Of a DNA stretch of 64,000 bases, positions 1-9,856 are shown piece after piece. Below the pieces are notes generated by a model, which was not told the origin of the DNA, ran no database searches, and saw only the letters and a program-made list of their open reading frames with translations. Where the stretch lies: contig CANHSL010000003.1 in NCBI GenBank assembly GCA_947463385.1, positions 658 through 64,657 on the forward strand, in the 5' to 3' direction. The translations under genes and the position numbers were made by a program. Positions within the stretch are counted from its first letter, which is position 1; each line of letters starts with the position of its first letter. Source of the DNA: Flavobacteriales bacterium. Lineage in GTDB: Bacteria > Bacteroidota > Bacteroidia > Flavobacteriales_D > Crocinitomicaceae.

Positions 1-831
1 AATGTCCCCTGCAACAACATGGTAACGGTTGTAGAAACCATCATTGATTGGATCAATACATGCTTCTGTACCTGTAAAATTTTCTTGGTCGTTCCAACCA
101 TCCACTGTAAACTTGTATTCAATAGCACTTGGCGCAAGTGGTAAGGTAACTTCCCAAATTGTACCGGTTGTATTTGTCATTGGATTACATGCACCACACC
201 ATCCGTTGAATGAACCATTCACGAATACACCATTCGCTGTATTACCACCATATTGTGCCATATCTACACGGAACGTTACGTTGTAATTTGCTACAGGGAT
301 TAATTGCGTACGGTTGTAAATGAATCTCCACCAGTTTGCACCCACGTTGATATCTAGGGTTAGTGTGTTTCCACCATTACTCAATCCAGTTAAATAAGTA
401 ATCGTATCCGCTGCATTTAATGGGTTGTTTATTTCTGAACCATTAATCACCTTAGCTAAGCCCATGTGCGCACCCAATCCGTATACAGAAAGTGTGTTGT
501 TTGTTCCGTCATACGCATAGGTAGCAGGATTAGAACCGTTGTGCGGAGCAACTGGCGTTCCACAAGCATCAGGATTAGCACCTTGCCATCCTTCTAACCA
601 TGTTTGACCATCCATATAATGCATCATGGTACCATTCGCATTAAACGTAATAGAATCGTCAAACATACACGCTCGAGTCGTTAAGTCTCCAACGCCATTT
701 GACCACCACTGCATGCTACCTTGAGAAGGACCAACGCCCATAGCAGCTGCTTGGTTTGCAAGTTTCCACGTACCTACAACTTGCGCGTTGAAAGCCATTG
801 GAAGCAAAAGAAAAAGTAATAATTTTTTCAT
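1..831 (-). CDS. Secreted multi-domain glycan-binding protein (putative beta-glucan-binding module followed by a CBM20/CBM48-like module); 3' end runs off the window
   Basis: Missing from the ORF track because it is open to the edge. Manual translation from ATG at 831: MKKLLLFLLLPMAFNAQVVGTWKLANQAAAMGVGPSQGSMQWWSN...VTFRVDMAQYGGNTANGVFVNGSFNGWCGACNPMT...WEVTLPL...EYKF. Signal peptide ends before Q; the W..GVGP..WW motif is shared with 4298..5149. Confidence 0.8.
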   Translation of the reverse strand, partial: MKKLLLFLLLPMAFNAQVVGTWKLANQAAAMGVGPSQGSMQWWSNGVGDLTTRACMFDDSITFNANGTMMHYMDGQTWLEGWQGANPDACGTPVAPHNGSNPATYAYDGTNNTLSVYGLGAHMGLAKVINGSEINNPLNAADTITYLTGLSNGGNTLTLDINVGANWWRFIYNRTQLIPVANYNVTFRVDMAQYGGNTANGVFVNGSFNGWCGACNPMTNTTGTIWEVTLPLAPSAIEYKFTVDGWNDQENFTGTEACIDPINDGFYNRYHVVAGDI

Positions 832-866
832 AACATTAAAATAATTTAAGGGTTGTATGGGGTAAA

Positions 867-885
867 TATAGTAATTTTTACAATA
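867..885. promoter_or_regulatory. Putative NrtR-family operator (TATAGTAATTTTTACAATA) overlapping a -7-like box (TATATTTA, minus strand)
   Basis: Imperfect palindrome with GT-N7-AC core; 17/19 identical to the site at 9824-9842. Confidence 0.65.
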
Positions 886-930
886 AGCCTAAAATAATTC
901 AAATTATTTCAAAATCAACAACTTAATGCC

Positions 931-3186
931 CTACTTAAAAACTACGGATCCCTTCATAGTTCCGATGCTGAAATTGAATTTACCAGGTTCGAATATCCAA
1001 TCCCCTGCTTCATTCACAAACATTAAGTCTTCTTTGTTCAGCACAAAACGCACTTCTACAGTTTGTCCCGCAGGAATTTTTACCTTTTGAAAGCGTTTTA
1101 ATTGTTCTCCAGCAGGTATCATACTCGCGAATTCATCGCCAACATACAGCTGAACAACCTCATCTATTTCGCGATTGCTTTGATTGATCACATCAACGGT
1201 AATTTCCCAAGGCGAATTCCCACTCAATACCTCATTGCTTTTTAAATGCTCGTAACTCACTTCCCCATAATGTAACCCGAATCCAAAAGGCCATTCCGGA
1301 TTAAACGCGGCATAGTCACCAACATTGGAACGATCCACGCTGCGAGGACGGTCATAAAACTCGATTACACCATCATATTTCGGATACGTATATGGAAGCT
1401 TTCCACTAAAGTTTTTTTCACCTGACAACAACTCCACTAAAGCCTCCGCCCCATAATCTCCCGGTAAATAGCATTGAACAATGGCTCCGGCAGGGTCAAC
1501 GATATCTCGAATGATGCGCGGCCGTCCCTCCACCAATACAATGATTACATTTTTGTGCTTAGCATAGGCCATTTTTGCCAATTCAAGCTGTTTGGAATCT
1601 AAGTGCAAACTGCGAATGTCGCCAGGTTTTTCTGTCGCCGGAACCTCGCCTAAACATAAAACCACTGTTTCTACCTCATCTAGCTTTTTGATGTAGTCAT
1701 CAAGGGATGTAAATCGTGATTGTTCAATTTCCTTTTCTTTAAATAATTCTACACCCTTTGAAAACAGGCATTGTTCTCCATATTTTTCCTGAAGTGCCTG
1801 AACAATGGTTTTGCATCCTTTTGTATTAAACGAAGTATCCATCCCTTGCCAGGTATGTGACCACGCACCGTTTAGGTAAACCAGGTTGTCTGCGCATGGG
1901 CCAGCCACTAGAAACTTGGCGTTTGTTTTTAAAGGCAGGATTCCATCATTCTTCAACAAGGTAATAGATTCTAGTGCCGCTTGTTTAGACGCGTTTTTAT
2001 GCTGTGTAGAACCAAAGGCAGTATAACTTGAAAGTACGGGTTGATGCAAGTCAAATAAACCAACGACTTCTTTTGTTCGGTATATTCGATTCACTGCGTC
2101 ATCCAATCGCTCGGACGTAATGTTACCGTCTTTAACGGATTGTAACATGAGTTCACAATAGGTTTTATAGTCTGGAGAGAGTGGAACCATACTCATGTCT
2201 ACGCCTGCATTAAAGGCTTTTTCGTAAGCTGTTTTTAGGTGCGGGGCAACGCGATGTACTGTATGCAGCATGTTAAAGTCTTCCCAATCCGAAACGGCAA
2301 ATCCCGGGAATTTCCACTCGTCCTTAAGTGTGTGTTGAATTAGGGATTTATTAATGTGACCTGGAATACCATTTACCGTTCCACTGTTGATCATTACCGT
2401 TTGAGCGCCGGCTTGAACGGCTGATTTAAATGAAGGTAAATACAACTCCTTCATGTATTTATCTGGAATCCAAGCAGGGGTGCGATCACGTCCACTGGCA
2501 GCGGCACTATACCCAACAAAGTGTTTCATACACGATAGCACATGTACCGAATCAATTACGCGCGGATTAATTCCTTGATACCCTTTAATGATGGCTGCTC
2601 CCATTTCTGAAACCAAATATGGGTCCTCACCCAGCGTTTCAAAAGTTCTTGACCAGAGAGGGTTTCTTCCTAAATCTAACACTGGAGAAAAATTCCAAGG
2701 AATGCCTGATGCTCTGGTTTCATAGGCCGTAATTCGGCCAAATTCTTGCGCTAAAGTTGGATTCCACGTAGCTGCCAACCCAATTTCTTGAGGAAACAAG
2801 GTTGCTCCTTGGGTATAATTCACCCCGTGAATGGCATCAATACCATAAAGTACTGGCACCTTAATTCTACCCGAAGTATAATACGATTGAATGGTTTGTG
2901 TAATTTCTTGCCATTGCGCTCGGGTTAGCGTGTGCCAACTCACGTTAAGGATTGAACCTACTTTGTATTTAACAAGGGCTTCTGTGAGTTTATTTGTGTC
3001 CAATTTAAGCGGAACCAAGGTTCTGCCTTGCCCATCTGTTTGTGCAACGGCATCCAAGGTAATTTGACATGTTTGTCCTACCTTTTCTTCTAAGGTTAAG
3101 TTTGTACGCGCAGTTGCATGTTCATTTCTTGTAACTACACATGAGGCTAATGCACCAAGGCACAAAAAAAACAAGAGTTTTTTCAT
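931..3186 (-). CDS. GH3 beta-glucosidase (BglX-like), lipoprotein
   Basis: DAIHG, FPQEIGLAATWN, KHFVGY, nucleophile motif VSDWED, C-terminal Fn3-like domain; lipobox LASC. Confidence 0.93.
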   Translation of the reverse strand: MKKLLFFLCLGALASCVVTRNEHATARTNLTLEEKVGQTCQITLDAVAQTDGQGRTLVPLKLDTNKLTEALVKYKVGSILNVSWHTLTRAQWQEITQTIQSYYTSGRIKVPVLYGIDAIHGVNYTQGATLFPQEIGLAATWNPTLAQEFGRITAYETRASGIPWNFSPVLDLGRNPLWSRTFETLGEDPYLVSEMGAAIIKGYQGINPRVIDSVHVLSCMKHFVGYSAAASGRDRTPAWIPDKYMKELYLPSFKSAVQAGAQTVMINSGTVNGIPGHINKSLIQHTLKDEWKFPGFAVSDWEDFNMLHTVHRVAPHLKTAYEKAFNAGVDMSMVPLSPDYKTYCELMLQSVKDGNITSERLDDAVNRIYRTKEVVGLFDLHQPVLSSYTAFGSTQHKNASKQAALESITLLKNDGILPLKTNAKFLVAGPCADNLVYLNGAWSHTWQGMDTSFNTKGCKTIVQALQEKYGEQCLFSKGVELFKEKEIEQSRFTSLDDYIKKLDEVETVVLCLGEVPATEKPGDIRSLHLDSKQLELAKMAYAKHKNVIIVLVEGRPRIIRDIVDPAGAIVQCYLPGDYGAEALVELLSGEKNFSGKLPYTYPKYDGVIEFYDRPRSVDRSNVGDYAAFNPEWPFGFGLHYGEVSYEHLKSNEVLSGNSPWEITVDVINQSNREIDEVVQLYVGDEFASMIPAGEQLKRFQKVKIPAGQTVEVRFVLNKEDLMFVNEAGDWIFEPGKFNFSIGTMKGSVVFK

Positions 3187-3195
3187 CGCAATACA

Positions 3196-4290
3196 CTATT
3201 GAAAAACGCGCACATAATCCACGTACATCGTTTGAGGAAGTTGTGTAGTTGCATCTGGATTTCCTGGCCAATTACCACCAACCGCTACATTGAAAATCAA
3301 GAAGAACTTTTCTTGAAATTCAGCCAATTGTGCTGGGGTGGTACTCATGGTATTATACACGGTATTATCTACTAACCAGGTAATGCTATTTGCATTCCAA
3401 ACGATAGAAAACACATGAAATTCATCCGCAAAAATCCCTGAATTTAAGGTATAACTATCCCCAAATTGTGCATGTGAACCATTATCGCTCCAATGGGCCG
3501 TTCCGTGAACCGTTTTGTCATTGTTACCAGCTCCACCAATCATTTCCATAATATCTATCTCCCCACAGGCAGGCCAACTAACCGATGTGATGTTGTCTCC
3601 TAACATCCACAAGGCAGGCCAAATGCCTTGACCCTTTGGTAATGCTGCGCGTATATCAATGCGCCCATATTTCCAAGATTGAATGCCTTGTGTTTTAATA
3701 CGACTTGAGGTGTAATTTTGTCCGCCCATCGCTTCTTGTTTAGCGGTTATCTGAAGTACGCCGCCAGAAACCGTAGTATTTTGACTGGTGTAATATTGAA
3801 GTTCATTGTTACCCCATCCCCAATTACCATTGCCCGTTTCATGTACCCAATCCGCAGAGAGGGCATTCCCATTAAATTCATCGTGCCAAACTAAGGTATA
3901 CCCATTGTAGCTCATGGGGCTTGTTGGGCCACTTGTTGGTGCGCCCGTACCGCCCAGGTTCAGGTTGATTTCAAATACATCGGTTTCCGTAATAAAATGT
4001 TCCGACGTCGTATAGGCAACGGTTTTAACCGAATACTCACCTGATGTCGAATACGTATGTGTTGCCACACCCGCATTGGATTTTATCATAGTAGAGTCGC
4101 CATTTTCATAAAAGGTGAAAATGTAGAAATTCGCCGAATCCGCATGGGCTGTAACATCCACGGTTGCTGAATTAATATCCAATGTTACCTGCAGATTCGA
4201 AGGTAAAACTATATCCTTAGGTATATAATTATCCTTTTGACAAGCAGCCAAAATAACTAAAATGGAAAGTAGCATAACTAAGTTTTTCAT
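3196..4290 (-). CDS. GH16 endo-beta-1,3-glucanase (laminarinase) lipoprotein with N-terminal PKD-like domain
   Basis: WHDEFNG, GWGNNELQYY, GIWPALWMLG, catalytic WPACGEIDIME, NVAVGGNWPG; lipobox LAAC. Confidence 0.93.
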   Translation of the reverse strand: MKNLVMLLSILVILAACQKDNYIPKDIVLPSNLQVTLDINSATVDVTAHADSANFYIFTFYENGDSTMIKSNAGVATHTYSTSGEYSVKTVAYTTSEHFITETDVFEINLNLGGTGAPTSGPTSPMSYNGYTLVWHDEFNGNALSADWVHETGNGNWGWGNNELQYYTSQNTTVSGGVLQITAKQEAMGGQNYTSSRIKTQGIQSWKYGRIDIRAALPKGQGIWPALWMLGDNITSVSWPACGEIDIMEMIGGAGNNDKTVHGTAHWSDNGSHAQFGDSYTLNSGIFADEFHVFSIVWNANSITWLVDNTVYNTMSTTPAQLAEFQEKFFLIFNVAVGGNWPGNPDATTQLPQTMYVDYVRVFQ

Positions 4291-4297
4291 GATATTA

Positions 4298-5149
4298 TTA
4301 TTCAGTTTTTAATTTAAGATACCAATTTAATCCACCCAAGTGATGTCCGTATTGTAAGTACATCGTTGAGTCTGTCAATTCCAAAATACGATAGGTATTA
4401 ACGCCCGTATAAAACCCAATGAAGGCACCATTTGAAATGGTTATGGTGTTCTCTGCACCTTCAACCAAATTCCAAGACTTGTCCATTTGATTCGGATAAG
4501 GCGCGGTAAAATCAGCTAGATTTTCAAAAGAACCAGGAAAACTTGCAGCAATTGAATTGTGAACATAGACATCTCCGTTGGTAATCATATCAAACTTAAA
4601 GGCATTTAAATGAAACACATATTTGTCGTTGTATAAACCGCATCCGGGTTTCTCATTTGCACCAGCAGCCCACCATTCGGGTGTAGCTCCCAATGGACTT
4701 TCTGGATCAGGACCTACGCCAAGGTGACCACTTAAAACAGAATCAATCACCCATGTTTTATAACCTGGACCATTAGCCCCACCCGTTAGTTTGTTGTAAA
4801 ACGGATTATCTAGTAAAGACAAATCGGTTTGAGCTATAACCACTTGCTGTGTAGACGATCGGCTGCCGCCTTTGTTAAACACTGTAAGTGTAATTGTATA
4901 GGTGCCGGCATAGGGATACGTTGCCGCAACTTCAACGCCTTCTCCTTTCACCCCATTTCCAAAATCCCAACGACACACTAAATTCGGGTTGCTCGCCGTA
5001 AGCTGAATAATATTGGCATTAGAATCAGAAGGAACTGCTGTAAATGCAGCATCCGTTTGACTTGGCGGATCGCCTAAGGTTGGACGAACTTTCTTACACG
5101 ACATCAAGGCTGTACATGCCAAGAATAAAATGATAAGGTTATTTTTCAT
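4298..5149 (-). CDS. Surface glycan-binding lipoprotein (PKD domain plus putative beta-glucan-binding module), SGBP-B-like
   Basis: Start moved to MKNNLIILF (5149), which gives lipobox LMSC; PKD motif WDFGNG...TYPYAGTYTITLTV; directly downstream of susD. Confidence 0.8.
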   Translation of the reverse strand: MKNNLIILFLACTALMSCKKVRPTLGDPPSQTDAAFTAVPSDSNANIIQLTASNPNLVCRWDFGNGVKGEGVEVAATYPYAGTYTITLTVFNKGGSRSSTQQVVIAQTDLSLLDNPFYNKLTGGANGPGYKTWVIDSVLSGHLGVGPDPESPLGATPEWWAAGANEKPGCGLYNDKYVFHLNAFKFDMITNGDVYVHNSIAASFPGSFENLADFTAPYPNQMDKSWNLVEGAENTITISNGAFIGFYTGVNTYRILELTDSTMYLQYGHHLGGLNWYLKLKTE

Positions 5150-5160
5150 GGTTGATGCTA

Positions 5161-6621
5161 TTAATATCCGGGGTTTTGTGGCCAACGACCTCCCGCTAAA
5201 TCTATTTCTACTTGTGGAATCGGGAATACTTCATGTTTCCCTGAGATGAATCCAGGAATGGCTGTCGCCGCTTTACCTGTTCTTACTAAATCAAAAAAGC
5301 GATGTCCTTCACCAGATAATTCAAAGCGGCGCTCATTATAAATCTTATCCAACGAATTTACTGAAACTCCTGGAATTGAAACGCGCGAGCGGATTTGATT
5401 CACATAGGTTTGTGCAATGGCGGTATTACCTAAATGATAATTTGCTTCTGCAGACATTAATAACACATCGGCATAGCGAATCACACGATAATTTACAGGA
5501 CTTGTCAAATCATTATCAGGCAGGCCAATTTCTCCTTGACGTTTGATGTATTTATTGTTGTAATATCCGGTGTGTCCTCCAGCACCAATGGCATAAGTAA
5601 TTGCGCTTGGATTGGGTTGTGCGGCGATAAATGCTTCAATATCTAAAATAGTAGCTGCCCGGCGCGGATCTCCAGCGGGGAAGAAGTTATATAGGTCTTG
5701 GGTTGGCAGGTTGTAACTGTTCCCGTCTCCATATACCGGACCATTATATTGTCGAATGCCTTGAAAACCTGGAGCAGCGTTGCCTTCTAAGCAAACTAAA
5801 CATCCGTAACCCCCACCTTCTAAGCCAGAGTACTGAATATCAAATACTGTTTCTGTGTTGTTTTCGTGTGCAACATCAAACAACTCAGTGTAGGAAGGAT
5901 GAAGGCTGTAAAGTCCACTCGCAATTACGTCGTCAAACATATCGTCTGCCTCTGTCCATTTGCTTTGATATAAATACACCTTCCCTAATAAGGCTTGAGC
6001 AGCCCCTTTGGTCGCTCTTCCTTTTTGGCCTGCAACCGGATTCAAAACGGGATATGCCTCTTTTAAATCCTTTTCAATCTGCGCATATACGTCCGCTTTG
6101 GGTGACCGATCAATCGTGCGAACTTCTTCAATACCAAGCCGCTTATCAATCACCAAAGGAACATCACCAAAGAACTTTACAAGTTCAAAATAATAATATG
6201 CCCTAAGAAATTTAGCTTCAGCTAAAATATGTGCTTTCTCAGGGAAATCGATATTGTCTTTGTTTTCTAAAATATAATTCGCCCGCGAAATACCGACGTA
6301 GTTCCAACGAAAAACACTGCGTAAATCGTTATTAACTCCCCCATGGTTCATGGCATCGATTTGATGAAGTCCTTGCGAGTCGTTTGCGCTTTCACCTCCG
6401 GCAATTGCATTATCAGAAGCTATTTCTCCAATCCAAAGGGACATGAATGAAGTTTGCAGTAAATCATACGCACCAACTAAGGCTCGGTCATAATCTTCCG
6501 GAGTTTTAAAATAATTTTCCGCATCTTGGGTATACGGCGGGTCAACGGTCAGGAACTTTTTACATGAAAAAATCCCCGCCAATACCAATCCCAAAATCAA
6601 CAAACGTTTAATATTCTTCAT
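5161..6621 (-). CDS. susD: SusD/RagB family glycan-binding lipoprotein
   Basis: Lipobox FSC; AEAKFLRAYYYFELVKFFGDVPL, IRYADVLLMSAEA, ERRFELSGEGHRFFDLVR. Confidence 0.95.
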   Translation of the reverse strand: MKNIKRLLILGLVLAGIFSCKKFLTVDPPYTQDAENYFKTPEDYDRALVGAYDLLQTSFMSLWIGEIASDNAIAGGESANDSQGLHQIDAMNHGGVNNDLRSVFRWNYVGISRANYILENKDNIDFPEKAHILAEAKFLRAYYYFELVKFFGDVPLVIDKRLGIEEVRTIDRSPKADVYAQIEKDLKEAYPVLNPVAGQKGRATKGAAQALLGKVYLYQSKWTEADDMFDDVIASGLYSLHPSYTELFDVAHENNTETVFDIQYSGLEGGGYGCLVCLEGNAAPGFQGIRQYNGPVYGDGNSYNLPTQDLYNFFPAGDPRRAATILDIEAFIAAQPNPSAITYAIGAGGHTGYYNNKYIKRQGEIGLPDNDLTSPVNYRVIRYADVLLMSAEANYHLGNTAIAQTYVNQIRSRVSIPGVSVNSLDKIYNERRFELSGEGHRFFDLVRTGKAATAIPGFISGKHEVFPIPQVEIDLAGGRWPQNPGY

Positions 6622-6624
6622 CGA

Positions 6625-9600
6625 TTAAAATTTAAATTGTAATCCTACCATTACGGTTTTAGCTTGTGGATATAATCCATAATCTACTCCCGCAGATAAT
6701 GCACTCGTTGAACCTAAATCTGGATCATAGCCCATGTATCTTGTTAGTGTTAATAAGTTGTTTGCCGCAACATAAACACGAAGTTGTTCCATTTTGATTT
6801 TACGTAACCAATCTTTAGAAAAAGCATACCCTATTTGAAGGTTTCGCAAGCGTAAGAACGACCCGTCTTCCACATAAAAAGAGGAGAATACATTGTTTCG
6901 CGTAGGCTCTGTGGTTTGACGTGGAACATCAAAGGAGCTTTCAGACCCCACCCAGCGATCAATAACATAGCTCATTTGATTTGCATACGGTTGTTGACGT
7001 TCGTAATTACGGATGATTTCATTGCCAATAGACGCATAAAAATTTGCTGAAATATCAAACCCTTTATAGCTTCCTGAAAGATTAAAGCCCATGGTGAAAT
7101 CAGGAATTGCCGAACCTAAATAGGTTTTGTCACTATCATCTGTAAAGCTAATAACGCCGTCTCCATCTTGATCCACGAAAATTAAATCTCCTGGCTTAGC
7201 ACCCTCTTGAACTACGGCTGCATTATCAATTTCTTCTTGTGATTGATAAATGCCTGCGGTTTGATAGCCAAAGAAATATCCGATTTCGTATCCTTTCTGA
7301 AAACGTGTAGCTACATCGCCTCCCACGCTAAAGGCAGCTCCTGGCAAATAATCAACTCCTGTTGGAACCGCCGTAACTTTATTATTAACTGCGGTAAAGT
7401 TCCAATTTGCCTCGTATAGGAAATCTTTGGTTCGATCGGAACGGTATCCTAATTCAATTTCCCACCCTTTATTGGATACATTTCCGGCATTAATTACCGG
7501 AGGGTAACCTCCTGGACCATAAGAGCCCATTAATGCGGAAACATCTGGTTGAAATAATAGGTCGTAGGTGTTTTTTATAAAGTAATTGGTAGTAACAGAA
7601 AGTTTCTTCCAAAAAGAAAGGTCAAGGCCAATGTTTAATTGACGAGTCGTTTCCCATTTCAAATCTGGATTAGCAGGACGACCGATTGCTACACCTTGCG
7701 TAATGACGTCATCAAACACGTAAACCCCTTCGCCATTGAGTAATGCACGGTATGCGAAATTTGGAATCTGATCATTTCCAGAAATCCCGTAGCTTACTCT
7801 CAATTTACATAAGTCGATTGGTTTGAATTTGAAGAATTTCTCTTCTGAAATTAACCACCCTGCAGACATGGATGGGAAGGTTCCAAAGCGGCTATTTGGT
7901 CCGAATTTACTAGAGCCATCTCTACGCACCACCATGGAAACTAAGTACTTCTCTTTGAATCCATATTCCGCGCGCATGAACACAGAAACCAATCGCTCCG
8001 TGAATTCCCAAGAACCGGTATTGTTTAAATAACCTCCTTGTGTAGTGTTGGCAGAAATATCCGCATAATTCACATCATTATTTGGGACTCCATACGCTAC
8101 GCCATTGAGGGATTTTCCATCCCGTTGAAAAATCGTAACCCCTGCCGTTGCTTTAACCTGATGATCCGTTTTAAACACTTGATCGTAATTTGCAAATCCT
8201 TCGTAGGATAAATCACTAAACGTATTACGTTCTTCATAAATCGCTGCTCCTCGGTCAATTTCAAAACCTGGCGTAAGTTCAACCGTAGGTGATTCTAATT
8301 GCGCATTAAGGGCCGTATTGGCATATTTTCCATCGCCGTACCATACTAAGGGAGAGAACACCTTTGAATCCACCAAAGAAACATTATAATTAAAGCGATT
8401 CGTTACAGTTAAGTAGGAAAGCGGTTTATAAACAAACTCTTCCTTTCCTACGAATTTTTGCGCTTGATTCCAGTTGTACGTGTTCATGATTTGAGCCACC
8501 GGATTAATGATGTCGCTCACTTCTTCCATGTAAGAATAATTCCCCATTGGAGAAATTACGGGTTCGGTTGGGAAGGCATTAATTGCATTGTACAATACAG
8601 AACCAATGCCATTTTCAGGCAGGGTATTTCTGCCTTCCGTTGAAAACAAAAGCACGGAATTCAATTTTAGTTTATCGGAAAGGTCAGTTGAAAAATTAAG
8701 ACGGGCATTATATCGGTCAAAATGAGACTTTGACCCACCAACAATACCATCCTGATTAAAATACCCTAATCCAATAGAGTAACGGGTATTTAAGGTTCCG
8801 CCATTCAAAGACACATTGTGACTTTGTACCGGTGAACGAGTAAATACTTGATCTTGCCAATCCGTACCTTTACCCACATTTACGTTATCAAAGGGCATGG
8901 CTTGACCGCCCATTGCGAACATTTCATTTTTTATTACCGCATATTCATCGGCGCGCAATAAATCAAGTTTCTTAGAGGTTTCTTGTAAACCAAAATACCC
9001 ATTATACTCAATGGTTGGTTTACGGTTTATTGAGCCATTTTTTGTTTCAATAAGTACCACACCATTTGCTGCTCTTACCCCATAAATACCTGCCATGGCA
9101 TCCTTTAACACCGTAATGGATTTTATGTCAGACGGATTCAGTGCATTTAATCCTTGAGAATCGTAAACAATTCCATCGACTAAAATCAAGGGGTCGTTAT
9201 CCCCAAAGGTACCAAGCCCTCTAATCCGTATGTTCGCACTCCCGCCGGGCGAACCGGAGTTTGTGGAAATATTCACCCCAGCCATCTGCCCTTGTAAGGC
9301 TTGATCCATGCGGGCCATATTCATTTTTTCAATGTCTTCCCCGTCGACTTTTGACGTTGCCCCAGTAATGGTTTTGTTTTTTGCTTCTCCATATCCAATG
9401 ACAGTAATTTCCTTTTTATCAGAAAACTCAGGCTTCATAATAAGGGTCACGTTTTGATCCCCCGGACCAACAACCACCTCTTGGGTTTGATAACCATAAA
9501 TTGAAATTGTTAATGTCGCGCTTGCGGTATCTTTCATTTGAATTGAAAAGAATCCGTCATTCGCTGTTAGGGCATTTCCTTTGGGTGATTTTGAGGAAAT

Positions 9601-9717
9601 CTTCGCAAACCCTAAGGGTTCGTTTACATCATTAACAACTTTTCCAGAAACGACCCTCATTTGAGCGAATCCCATCGAAGCACATGCTAAGATAAAAAGT
9701 AAAAATCCTATTCTCAT
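6625..9717 (-). CDS. susC: SusC/RagA TonB-dependent transporter
   Basis: IRIRG..DPLILVDG, LKDA..IYGVRAANGVVLIETK plug motifs; NPDLKWETT; C-terminal F. Confidence 0.95.
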   Translation of the reverse strand: MRIGFLLFILACASMGFAQMRVVSGKVVNDVNEPLGFAKISSKSPKGNALTANDGFFSIQMKDTASATLTISIYGYQTQEVVVGPGDQNVTLIMKPEFSDKKEITVIGYGEAKNKTITGATSKVDGEDIEKMNMARMDQALQGQMAGVNISTNSGSPGGSANIRIRGLGTFGDNDPLILVDGIVYDSQGLNALNPSDIKSITVLKDAMAGIYGVRAANGVVLIETKNGSINRKPTIEYNGYFGLQETSKKLDLLRADEYAVIKNEMFAMGGQAMPFDNVNVGKGTDWQDQVFTRSPVQSHNVSLNGGTLNTRYSIGLGYFNQDGIVGGSKSHFDRYNARLNFSTDLSDKLKLNSVLLFSTEGRNTLPENGIGSVLYNAINAFPTEPVISPMGNYSYMEEVSDIINPVAQIMNTYNWNQAQKFVGKEEFVYKPLSYLTVTNRFNYNVSLVDSKVFSPLVWYGDGKYANTALNAQLESPTVELTPGFEIDRGAAIYEERNTFSDLSYEGFANYDQVFKTDHQVKATAGVTIFQRDGKSLNGVAYGVPNNDVNYADISANTTQGGYLNNTGSWEFTERLVSVFMRAEYGFKEKYLVSMVVRRDGSSKFGPNSRFGTFPSMSAGWLISEEKFFKFKPIDLCKLRVSYGISGNDQIPNFAYRALLNGEGVYVFDDVITQGVAIGRPANPDLKWETTRQLNIGLDLSFWKKLSVTTNYFIKNTYDLLFQPDVSALMGSYGPGGYPPVINAGNVSNKGWEIELGYRSDRTKDFLYEANWNFTAVNNKVTAVPTGVDYLPGAAFSVGGDVATRFQKGYEIGYFFGYQTAGIYQSQEEIDNAAVVQEGAKPGDLIFVDQDGDGVISFTDDSDKTYLGSAIPDFTMGFNLSGSYKGFDISANFYASIGNEIIRNYERQQPYANQMSYVIDRWVGSESSFDVPRQTTEPTRNNVFSSFYVEDGSFLRLRNLQIGYAFSKDWLRKIKMEQLRVYVAANNLLTLTRYMGYDPDLGSTSALSAGVDYGLYPQAKTVMVGLQFKF

Positions 9718-9739
9718 TGTTTTCTTTTAAAGTTACTTT

Positions 9740-9759
9740 GTGGGGAGTTGCCTCCCCAC
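9740..9759 (-). promoter_or_regulatory. GC-rich hairpin in the susC 5' leader (GTGGGGAG-GCAA-CTCCCCAC)
   Basis: Perfect 8-bp stem with GNRA loop on the minus strand, about 22 nt before the ATG; no U-tract follows. Confidence 0.55.
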
Positions 9760-9823
9760 GCACTAAGTAAAAACTAACTGTTCAACTGTTTTGATACCAA
9801 TTGAATGGTAAATATAAGTATAT

Positions 9824-9842
9824 TATTGTATTTTTTACAATA
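9824..9842. promoter_or_regulatory. Putative NrtR-family operator (TATTGTA-TTTTT-TACAATA) at the susC promoter
   Basis: Perfect 7-bp inverted repeat with GT-N7-AC core, just upstream of a -7-like box TATATTTA (9809-9816, minus strand). Confidence 0.7.
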
Positions 9843-9856
9843 TCTAAATAATTCCG

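Noticed and set aside
44..286. Short + strand ORF, and the many 60-170-aa ORFs antisense or out of frame within long genes
   Set aside because: Shadow ORFs of well-supported genes; this one is antisense to the 1..831 CDS
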